DNA of 64,000 bases from an uncultured Clostridia bacterium (lineage in GTDB: Bacteria; Bacillota; Clostridia; Christensenellales; UBA1242): contig CAKVMD010000004.1 in assembly GCA_934771475.1 (NCBI GenBank), forward strand, positions 1,190 to 65,189, given 5' to 3'. Shown here piece after piece: positions 36,588-44,788 of this stretch. The position numbers were made by a program, and so were the translations under genes. The notes under the pieces were generated by a model, which saw only the letters and a program-made list of their open reading frames with translations, ran no database searches and had not been told where the DNA came from. Every line of letters begins with the position of its first letter. Within the stretch, counting starts at the first letter, position 1.

Positions 36588-36720
36588 AAGTGAGTTTACT
36601 CACGGATTGCATTGCGCGTGGTCTTTAATTACAGTCTACCAAGAGAGTGAGTTTACTCACGGATTGCATTGCATTTATTTTTTAATTATAGTTTACGATA
36701 GTGAGTGAGTTTACTCACAC
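36588..36720. repeat. 57/58-bp tandem unit x2.3, each unit carrying the palindrome GTGAGTTTACTCAC
   Basis: Palindromes at 36590-36603, 36647-36660 and 36705-36718. The first two are followed by ggattgcattgc. The third overlaps the ychF stop codon. Confidence 0.9.
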
Positions 36721-37809
36721 ATTGAAACGGAAGAGGATAATGTCGCCATCTTGAACCACATATTCTTTACCTTCCATTCTCACACGCCCTTTTTCTTTGG
36801 CTTTAAGATAACTTCCGGCTTCAATAAGGTCGTCATAGGAAACAATTTCAGCTTTAATAAAGCCTTTTTCAAAATCGGTGTGAATTTTCCCTGCGGCTTG
36901 TGGCGCTTTTGTGCCTTTTTTAATTGTCCACGCGCGGACCTCTTTTTCTCCTGCTGTTAAGAAACTCATAAGCCCGAGAAGGTCGTAAGAGGCGGAAACA
37001 AGTTTTTCAAGCCCGCTTTCCTTAATGCCAAGTTCTTCTTTGAAGAGTGATTTTTCTTCTTCGTCAAGCCCGGCAAGTTCTTCTTCAATCTTTGCAGACA
37101 GGCAAATCACCTTAGAGCCCTCTTTGCTTGCGAACTCTCTTACCACTTTGACAAATTTGTTTTCTTCTTTGCCGATGTCGTCTTCTCCAATGTTTGCAAC
37201 ATAGATTACTGGCTTGGCTGAGAGAAGTTGGAGATTTTTAAGAAGTTTTTCTTCGTCTTCGTTTTCGATTGCTACACTACGAGCGGGAAGGTTGTTTTCA
37301 AGCGCTGTTTTGATTTTGCGCATAAGTTCAACCCCAGCAATTAAAGATTTGTCGCCAGTTTTAACAAGTTTTTCATCTTTTTCAAGTTTTTTTGTTACTT
37401 GTTCAAGGTCGGCAAGCGCAAGTTCAAGATTTATGATTTCAATGTCTCGAAGTGGGTCGATTGAACCATTAACATGTATGATTTTTTCGTTTTCAAAACA
37501 TCTTACAACGTGTACAATGGCGTCAACTTCACGAATGTGGCTTAAAAACTTGTTTCCAAGTCCTTCACCTTTGCTTGCGCCAGCAACAAGTCCAGCAATA
37601 TCAACAAATTCGATAGCGGCTGGAACTATTTTTTGTGTATGATAAAATTCACCCAATACTTTAAGCCTAGGGTCGGGAACATCAACAATTCCCACATTTG
37701 GCTCAATAGTGCAGAAAGGGTAGTTAGCGCTTTCTGCGCCTGCATTTGTTATAGCATTAAATAATGTGCTTTTCCCTACATTGGGAAGTCCTACAACTCC
37801 AATTTTCAT
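36715..37809 (-). CDS. ychF: redox-regulated ribosome-binding ATPase YchF
   Basis: MKIGVVGLPNVGKSTLFNA plus a C-terminal TGS-like domain. 364 aa. Confidence 0.95.
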   Translation of the reverse strand: MKIGVVGLPNVGKSTLFNAITNAGAESANYPFCTIEPNVGIVDVPDPRLKVLGEFYHTQKIVPAAIEFVDIAGLVAGASKGEGLGNKFLSHIREVDAIVHVVRCFENEKIIHVNGSIDPLRDIEIINLELALADLEQVTKKLEKDEKLVKTGDKSLIAGVELMRKIKTALENNLPARSVAIENEDEEKLLKNLQLLSAKPVIYVANIGEDDIGKEENKFVKVVREFASKEGSKVICLSAKIEEELAGLDEEEKSLFKEELGIKESGLEKLVSASYDLLGLMSFLTAGEKEVRAWTIKKGTKAPQAAGKIHTDFEKGFIKAEIVSYDDLIEAGSYLKAKEKGRVRMEGKEYVVQDGDIILFRFNV

Positions 37810-37869
37810 TTTGTATTCCTCGATTTAAATATTTCTTGGTTTGTGTTTTAATTTGGTTAAAGTCAAAAT

Positions 37870-37903
37870 TTGAAGAGTTTAAGAAAAACCTTAAACTCTT
37901 CAA
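37870..37903 (-). terminator. terminator of the 2169-aa gene
   Basis: 14-bp perfect stem ttgaagagtttaag/cttaaactcttcaa, followed by AUUUU on the minus strand. Confidence 0.6.
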
Positions 37904-37966
37904 TCATCTTTCTTTTTGCCACACTGATAAGCATTTTTGTTACCTAGTAGTGGAAGCAAACGCTTG

Positions 37967-40900
37967 TTATTCTCTTGAAGCGCCTTCTTCTGCTGCGCGC
38001 CCAGCGCCATCTCGTGCTTCTTCTGCTGGCGCTCTTTCGCTAGTGCGAACAGATTCTGTACTTGGGGCAGATTTTGCCTTTCCTTTGGCCAATTTTTGTT
38101 TACGAGCCATGTTTCCAAATATTTTACCTAATATTGAAAGACCTTTCTTGGCTTCTGGAACTGAAACTTCTTGTTTCTTCTTTTCTTGTTCAAGTTTACG
38201 CTTGCGCGCCTCTCTTTCTTTTCTCATTTCCTCTTGACGAGATTTGACATTTGCTTTGACTGCTTTCATGTTCTTTTGAAGGGCTTTCGACCTCTTTGCA
38301 AGCAGTTTTTTGCGTTTTGCCAAAGCTTTTTGTTTAGCTTTGCCAGTAAGAGTTGGGTCAATAGGAGGGATGTCGTCTTCTACCATTTCGCTGAAATAGT
38401 CATAAGAGAAGTACATCTGTCCAGCAAACATGCGGTCGCCCTCAATATCAAAAGAATCAAGTGGTAAAGGCAAATATTCAAGACTTTCGGCTTTGAGTTG
38501 GTCAATGCTTTGTTCAACCGCCTCCATTTCCTCAAACAGTTCTGAGGAAGGGGAGTCGTGAGAAATGTTTTCGAGCTGGTTAAGCCTGCTAACAAGAGCA
38601 TAGTATTTAAATAGGTTGTTAATTCCGTTTGCCTTTGCTTCTTCTGGAAGAGATTCTATTGCGGCAAATTGAGAATTGAATGCGTTTCCTGCAATGACAC
38701 TTTCGCTACGCTTTTCTTCAATATCGTCAATTTCTTCTTGACTTGTTGCATTTTGAAGAGCGAGAAGATCGTTTTCTTTGTCGCTTAATCTCTTTTCTCC
38801 GCGACTTGCAATATCAGTTAAGTTGTTTTTCGTTTCAAATATTGTAGCAATTTCTTTTGCTTTTGAAGAGCTTTCGCATTCAGAAATAAGTCTTTCAAAA
38901 GTTGCAGATGAAAGCCCAGAAATCGCTAAGAAGTCTTGGCTATCAACACCTTTTACAAATGAAAGTAACGCTTGTTGCATAACTCTCATGTCTGGATGCT
39001 CAATAAATTGAGAGTAAACGCTGTTAAATTCTTCTGCCTTTTTGCTGTAAAGTTCTTTTTGCTTTCTTAATTTAAGAAGTTCAAATCTTTCCTCTGCATT
39101 AGTATCGCTGTTGATAATTGCAGTTTCAAGTTCAGCAACAGTCTCTGTCTTAGATGACATAACAGTTTCAATGCGTTCTCTTATCTTTCCACTTGCTGGG
39201 CTTGCGCCTTCTTCGCTTGCAGGTGCAACATCACGAGAAGAAACAAATTTGTTGTAAATGTCATCAACATCACCGTGCTCAAAGTCGGTTGGCAGTTCCT
39301 TTACTTTTTCAAGGTACTCTACGCCAAAAGTATCTCTAACAAAATCGGCGTGTGCTGGGTCCATTAAGTACTTGACTGCCGAAACCATTTCTTCACGGCT
39401 GATTGCAGTTTCTTTTTCAATGATAGATAAAAATTCATTTGCGCTCACAATATAGTTCGCTGCATTAATTGTCAATGCTTCATGTTTTGTTACAAGGCTG
39501 TCAAGTTCACCTTTTGTTTTGGTAGATACAAGACCAGATTTGGCTTCAACTCTGTGAGCAAAGTCGGCATAAACTTGTCCACCTCTTATCTCTGCAAGTT
39601 GTCGCGTTGCATTTTCCTTTGCTTCTGGGTTTGTCAAAACGCCTTCAAGCATTTCTGGATAAATTCCAAGTTTGGCAATTACTGTTTGATATTCAGGGGA
39701 GTTAATAAGAGAAGAAAGTTCGACATAATTTGAGGTTGAAAGTCCCTCTGCTGAAATCTTCTCGCAAATGCTATCAAAACTAGATTTAAATGCCATTTCA
39801 GTCTTTGCTTCTTGAAGGGTAAGTCTGTCTTTTGCTTCTTGTCTTTCAAAAGTTACAACTGATTTTTTGAGTTTGAGCGATTTAATGTTTCTGCGGTCAG
39901 CGCGGAATTGTTTTTGTGTTTCAGCATTGTCGATGCCGAGTTCTTCAAATAGGGCAGTTGTTAAACCGCTGTTTGAAAGGTTGCCTTGCTCGCGGAGAAT
40001 CTTTTCAAAGGATGCAAGAACAGTATCTCGGTCAATCTTTTGAGTAGAAGCAATCCAATCAATGACTGTTTCATATTTCTCTTGTGCACCATTCAAGCGG
40101 GCGCATTTATCAACAAGAGCATCTCGAAGAACATCACCATTAAGCGCTCTTATTCCAGCAAATCTGTCTTCTTGTGGAAGCATTTGTCGGCGAGTTCTCT
40201 CACTTTCTTGTTCACGCATTTCGGCAATGCGGTCGTTTGCTAATTCAAGATTGATTTTTCCTTCGCTTGTTTGAGATTCAACAAATCTTTGGTAGGTAAG
40301 ACCGCTTACATTTATTACCTTTTGACCGGTAATCTGAGCCAATACTTCGCATTTATCTTGTGCAGATTGGCTTGCTCTTTCATCTAACGCTCTATAAATT
40401 TCCTCTTGTTCCTCAGGTGGAAGCGTTGCAAGGTAAGCGTTAAATTTTCTATTAAATTCATGTTCTTGCTCTGAGGCTGAACATTCAGCAGGGGAGTAAG
40501 AAGTTTTTCCATGTTCTTCGCCCATGGCTGAGTCATAAGCATTTGCAATTCTGACATCTGTAAGGCGACCGCTCATTGCAACATCAATAAGTGTTGAAAC
40601 ATTTGCATATAACGATGCCTTTTCACCGATTGTTGCCTCTTCTTCTCGGCTTCCAGTTACAAGGCTAGTAAGAGCAGTTCTTCTTTTCTCTGCGATGATT
40701 TTAGCTTTTGCAACTATTGCAAGGTCATCATCAGACATACGAAGTGGAGAAGTTTTAAGTTCTTCCATTTTAGTTGCAACTTCCTCTGCGGTTATAGTGC
40801 TATCAAGGTCTGATATGGTTTTCGCAACTTCAAGAAGAACATTTGTTTGGTTTAGGCTTTCTTGACTTACAATTAAGTTTGCGTATTGAGATGCACTAAC

Positions 40901-43900
40901 AACTCCTTTGCTTCTTTCCCTAGATGCAAGTATCTCGGCTGAGTTTCTAAGTTTCAACTTCGGTTTGCTTCTTCTTACAACATACTCACTTCCTGTACGC
41001 TTTTCACGCATGATTAAGTATTCTCTGTCAAACGCGTCTATTTCACTCTGTGCGATTGCTCTGGCAACAGCAAAGACTGATTTTGAAGCATGGAAATTTG
41101 TGTCAGACGCTTTTGGAAGTATAGATGTAGCCAAGCCAGATTCGGTTATGTCTGCAATCTTTGTCTCTATCTTATCGCTAACCATTGTTCTAGTTAGATT
41201 GTCTACTGCTCCTTCAAAGCTAGATGAAGAAACTGCTTGTTTTACTGCGTCAAGTATTGCGCGTTCATCTCCGTCAAGTGCGCTCTCATCCACGCCATGA
41301 ACAAACCCGTAAAGGTCGCCTTCCTGTTCTGTTAAGTTGTAGTTGTAAACGCCTCGCGTGTATATTGAAAGCATTTGTCCAAGAGGTGCTCTTTCAATGC
41401 CTTCTCCTGCTGACATAACCTCAGTATAAGCGCGAGCAGATTCAAGTTGTTTAACATTTTCATCATGTTCGCGAGCAACCGCTGTGATAGTGTCATCGAG
41501 TGCATAAGAAATTCTCTTTTGAGCATTGTCGAGAATTGCAATAACTTGCTCTCTATTTTCCTCACCAACATTTTGAAGCGCTTTTTCAATAACGACAGCT
41601 ACTTTCTCAGGGTGGCGGGACATTTCATAAGCAATAACATCACTATATCTTTCAAAGAATTTTATTTGCTCTTCACCGCTTAAAGATTTTGTTGCGCGTG
41701 CAATTCTTGCAGTTCCGCGCTTTTCATCAGCAAAGTATTCTCTTTGGCGTTCAAGGGTCTCTTGCATTGTTTGTTGTGCGGTGTTTACTGCTTGCAATGA
41801 ATTTCTAAGATTACCCAGAGACGCATTGTTTTCAAATATAGCGCTAAATTCTTTTCTCTTTTCTTCTGGAACTGCGGTAAAGTTAGCAGAGAAGAAGTTG
41901 TCTATAAGTTGAGCACGAACCTCTGGGTCAGAAGTACCCGCGATTGCATCCATTTGTTCCACAAGCCCAGTTCTATAAGATAAAGCCCCAAGATTGTCTG
42001 CGTCTGCAAGATGCTCTAAATCCATTATCGCGTCATCATCACCATAAGTAGGGCATCGCATTCCATATTCATCACACAGCGTTTTGAAAAGTTCGGCTGT
42101 GGTGTCAGTATCACCGATTTCTGAATCGCAAAGTTCTCTCAAACCGTCTCCGGCACCAATCGCGCCTCTCTCTGCTTCGTCGTAAGTTCTGTCAAGTTCA
42201 GCAATGCGTTCGCTGTCTCTTTCAAGTTCTCTTTCAGCTTTTTCAGCCTTGGCTATTTTGGGTTTAACGCTACTAAAAACGCTGTATTTAAATAAGTCTG
42301 AGTATGCGTTTGTAAATCCGCCACCTATTGTTGCAATAAGTCCAACTACAACAAGCCATGGCGCAAATACAGCACCGACCAATGTTGCAAAAAGTCCAAG
42401 TCCCATAGCAATGGTGCTTAGGGTTTCAGCCCTTTTCTTGTGGTCTACCTTTCTTTCTATTGGTTTGCTTGGTTCAGGTTTGCTTTCCGCTGGCTTCTTT
42501 CCTTCTGGCTTCTTTTCCTCGGGTTTCTTTCCTGCTGATGATGCCACTTCGGCTCCTCCCGATACTGGTCGAGAACTTCCCTCTCCGCTAGTAGGGGTTC
42601 CTGCGCCAGTAGCGCCAGCCTCTTCGGACGCTTTATCACCGCGTGAAACGGCCATTTCTTTAATAATGCCAACATAATCTACACGGTCGGCCTTTGGCAC
42701 TTTGCCATTCCAGTCGGAAATCTTTTGAAGAAAATCAGTGTTTGACCTAGCGTCATAAATAAAGTCATCAAAAGTAAGTGGGGTTTCAGGAGCATCAAGG
42801 CTTACTACATTTCTGTCAAGAAGATTTACTACATAAGACCTTTTTACGCCTCCATTTTCAAGTGTTACAACTAGTTCACTTGGTTCGCTTGTAGGGGGAA
42901 CGCTATCTTCTGCGCTCTCGTGATGTGGAACAGGGCGTTCAGGTACAACCTCTTCCGCAACCTCATGTCTTGGGTCAGCTTCGTCCGCTGGCTCTACGCC
43001 TCTAACTTCTTCTGTTCTAGGCTCTTCCTCACGAGTTTTTTCATCTGAAACAGGTGCTTCACGCCTAACCTTGGATGGGTCTGCTTCGCGAGGGGGCTCG
43101 GTAGGCATTTTGCCAAAAGCTTCATTTAACAAGCGTTCGTATTCTTCTTTTGAAATATCTGTAATTGTAGCATTGTCGTCCGCAAGCAATCTATAAGTAT
43201 CATTAATTTTATCTACTAAAATGGTTTTGTCGCCAATCTTTTTTATTGCAATCTCTGCTGGTGAAACCCTATAATCACCTTTTTCTATGAGCGAAGCAAA
43301 GTCCTTATAATTTTGCCAAGAGATTTTGCCATCAGTAACCGTGAAAATTCTTCCAAAAGTTTGGTTGACGCAGTAAGGTATTGGGCTTCCAGTGAATACT
43401 ACAACTTGGAAAGATATTTCTCTTTCTGCGCTTTCTATCGAGCCCTTTCCGCTTACTCTTTGAGATAAAGGCTTATACGCAAATTGATATTGTGTCCACT
43501 TTCTCGCATCTTCTGGGATAGGTGAAAGTTGACTAGGCAAGGCAAAGGCTTTATTTGAAGAGGTTTCGCCTTGTTTGTAAGGAAGAGCGTAACCAGCAAA
43601 TAGTTTTAAAATATCTTCGCATCCCTTTGTTTCTACCGGAACATTTGCGTCAGGCGCCATTATGCCAAGTGGAACTTTCAAATAAGAAACATCTCCAACT
43701 CTTTCAATCGCAAGAGAAACATTTCCTCTTTCGTCTCTCGCAAAGTGGTGAGATGTTGCTCTTTCTATTTTTCCTTTGTTGTATAAGAAAAGGTCATTTT
43801 TTTGCCCGAAGAAAACGATAGGTTCGCGCATAGTGTCGGTTTTTACTTTAAAGAGTCTTACATCGCCCAAACTTACAGTTTCATTGTCTGGGATTTGGCT

Positions 43901-44476
43901 TGCGTACATACCCAAAAGGTAAGGAGGACATTTTTCGCCTCTTCCAAAAATCACAGGAGTGTGGAAGAAGTGGCTGTCATGCCCAGTGCGTTCAAACATA
44001 CCCTCAACCACGCTTGCAGAAAGGCTCATGTCAAAGCAGTAACCTTTGCTTACTGTTGAAGTAGTGTAGGTTTTGCCTTCATAAGTTACCGTAACAGAAG
44101 TTGGGGCAATTTTTACCTGTCCTTCTTTTCCGTCCCCAAAAGAAACCGAAACAATCAGTTCATCTTCCAGTCCCGCGCCGAGGCTGATAGGAGGTAAAAC
44201 TGGATGTTCAAGAATTTCAATCTTTTTGTCTGCAAATGGTAAAGAGCCCTCACCAGCAAAGAGAGTGCTAGAAAGGTTTAAAAAGTATTTTCCTTCGTTT
44301 CTTTCTACTAGTGCAACGCAAGAGCCATCATTTTGACTTGTTACTCTTATGAGTTCTCCGTTCTCGGTAGGTGCAGTCATTGTAACCGTTTGGTTTAAAG
44401 CGGTTTTCTTGCCATCTTCACCAATTCTTGTAATTCTGTGAGAAATTGTTTGATTTTTAAAAGTATCTAAACTCAT
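37967..44476 (-). CDS. giant orphan protein (2169 aa): beta-rich N-domain, acidic/Pro linker, central hydrophobic hairpin, about 1400-aa helical region, basic tail
   Basis: A single uninterrupted ORF. AAGGAAGG RBS. Promoter TTGACA-17-TATTAT. No signal peptide and no motif I recognise. Confidence 0.85.
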   Translation of the reverse strand: MSLDTFKNQTISHRITRIGEDGKKTALNQTVTMTAPTENGELIRVTSQNDGSCVALVERNEGKYFLNLSSTLFAGEGSLPFADKKIEILEHPVLPPISLGAGLEDELIVSVSFGDGKEGQVKIAPTSVTVTYEGKTYTTSTVSKGYCFDMSLSASVVEGMFERTGHDSHFFHTPVIFGRGEKCPPYLLGMYASQIPDNETVSLGDVRLFKVKTDTMREPIVFFGQKNDLFLYNKGKIERATSHHFARDERGNVSLAIERVGDVSYLKVPLGIMAPDANVPVETKGCEDILKLFAGYALPYKQGETSSNKAFALPSQLSPIPEDARKWTQYQFAYKPLSQRVSGKGSIESAEREISFQVVVFTGSPIPYCVNQTFGRIFTVTDGKISWQNYKDFASLIEKGDYRVSPAEIAIKKIGDKTILVDKINDTYRLLADDNATITDISKEEYERLLNEAFGKMPTEPPREADPSKVRREAPVSDEKTREEEPRTEEVRGVEPADEADPRHEVAEEVVPERPVPHHESAEDSVPPTSEPSELVVTLENGGVKRSYVVNLLDRNVVSLDAPETPLTFDDFIYDARSNTDFLQKISDWNGKVPKADRVDYVGIIKEMAVSRGDKASEEAGATGAGTPTSGEGSSRPVSGGAEVASSAGKKPEEKKPEGKKPAESKPEPSKPIERKVDHKKRAETLSTIAMGLGLFATLVGAVFAPWLVVVGLIATIGGGFTNAYSDLFKYSVFSSVKPKIAKAEKAERELERDSERIAELDRTYDEAERGAIGAGDGLRELCDSEIGDTDTTAELFKTLCDEYGMRCPTYGDDDAIMDLEHLADADNLGALSYRTGLVEQMDAIAGTSDPEVRAQLIDNFFSANFTAVPEEKRKEFSAIFENNASLGNLRNSLQAVNTAQQTMQETLERQREYFADEKRGTARIARATKSLSGEEQIKFFERYSDVIAYEMSRHPEKVAVVIEKALQNVGEENREQVIAILDNAQKRISYALDDTITAVAREHDENVKQLESARAYTEVMSAGEGIERAPLGQMLSIYTRGVYNYNLTEQEGDLYGFVHGVDESALDGDERAILDAVKQAVSSSSFEGAVDNLTRTMVSDKIETKIADITESGLATSILPKASDTNFHASKSVFAVARAIAQSEIDAFDREYLIMREKRTGSEYVVRRSKPKLKLRNSAEILASRERSKGVVSASQYANLIVSQESLNQTNVLLEVAKTISDLDSTITAEEVATKMEELKTSPLRMSDDDLAIVAKAKIIAEKRRTALTSLVTGSREEEATIGEKASLYANVSTLIDVAMSGRLTDVRIANAYDSAMGEEHGKTSYSPAECSASEQEHEFNRKFNAYLATLPPEEQEEIYRALDERASQSAQDKCEVLAQITGQKVINVSGLTYQRFVESQTSEGKINLELANDRIAEMREQESERTRRQMLPQEDRFAGIRALNGDVLRDALVDKCARLNGAQEKYETVIDWIASTQKIDRDTVLASFEKILREQGNLSNSGLTTALFEELGIDNAETQKQFRADRRNIKSLKLKKSVVTFERQEAKDRLTLQEAKTEMAFKSSFDSICEKISAEGLSTSNYVELSSLINSPEYQTVIAKLGIYPEMLEGVLTNPEAKENATRQLAEIRGGQVYADFAHRVEAKSGLVSTKTKGELDSLVTKHEALTINAANYIVSANEFLSIIEKETAISREEMVSAVKYLMDPAHADFVRDTFGVEYLEKVKELPTDFEHGDVDDIYNKFVSSRDVAPASEEGASPASGKIRERIETVMSSKTETVAELETAIINSDTNAEERFELLKLRKQKELYSKKAEEFNSVYSQFIEHPDMRVMQQALLSFVKGVDSQDFLAISGLSSATFERLISECESSSKAKEIATIFETKNNLTDIASRGEKRLSDKENDLLALQNATSQEEIDDIEEKRSESVIAGNAFNSQFAAIESLPEEAKANGINNLFKYYALVSRLNQLENISHDSPSSELFEEMEAVEQSIDQLKAESLEYLPLPLDSFDIEGDRMFAGQMYFSYDYFSEMVEDDIPPIDPTLTGKAKQKALAKRKKLLAKRSKALQKNMKAVKANVKSRQEEMRKEREARKRKLEQEKKKQEVSVPEAKKGLSILGKIFGNMARKQKLAKGKAKSAPSTESVRTSERAPAEEARDGAGRAAEEGASRE

Positions 44477-44509
44477 TTTTGCCTTCCTTATTTGAGTAAT
44501 ATTATCTAT

Positions 44510-44538
44510 ATAATAACACTATATCATATTATTGTCAA
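44510..44538 (-). promoter_or_regulatory. promoter TTGACA-17-TATTAT for the 2169-aa gene
   Basis: -35 is the reverse complement of 44533-44538; -10 is the reverse complement of 44510-44515. Confidence 0.65.
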
Positions 44539-44788
44539 GTTATGGCTTAAATTTCTTTGCATTTAATTGCCCTAGCGAGGGGAGAAAATTAAATTTATTT
44601 TCTAGCCGAAAAAAATGAAATATCATCATTTTTTAACCAAAAATTTAATCTTTGGCGGTCAAAAATTGCAAATTTGCTCGAAATTGCCACAAAAGTTTGA
44701 TTTTAGAGTGTTTGACGCTTAAATTGTTTGACTTTTTTGATAATTTTGTTAAAATACTTAAACGGACTAGTATGTTTAAGGAGAAAAA

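Noticed and set aside
42204-42677. Antisense ORFs inside large genes (for example 42204-42677, 40908-41300, 37214-37642, 3428-3832, 50178-50573, 12022-12609, 22964-23311)
   Set aside because: All lie opposite well-supported CDS, have low-complexity or Ser/Leu/Phe-rich products and lack RBSs. They are typical shadow ORFs.
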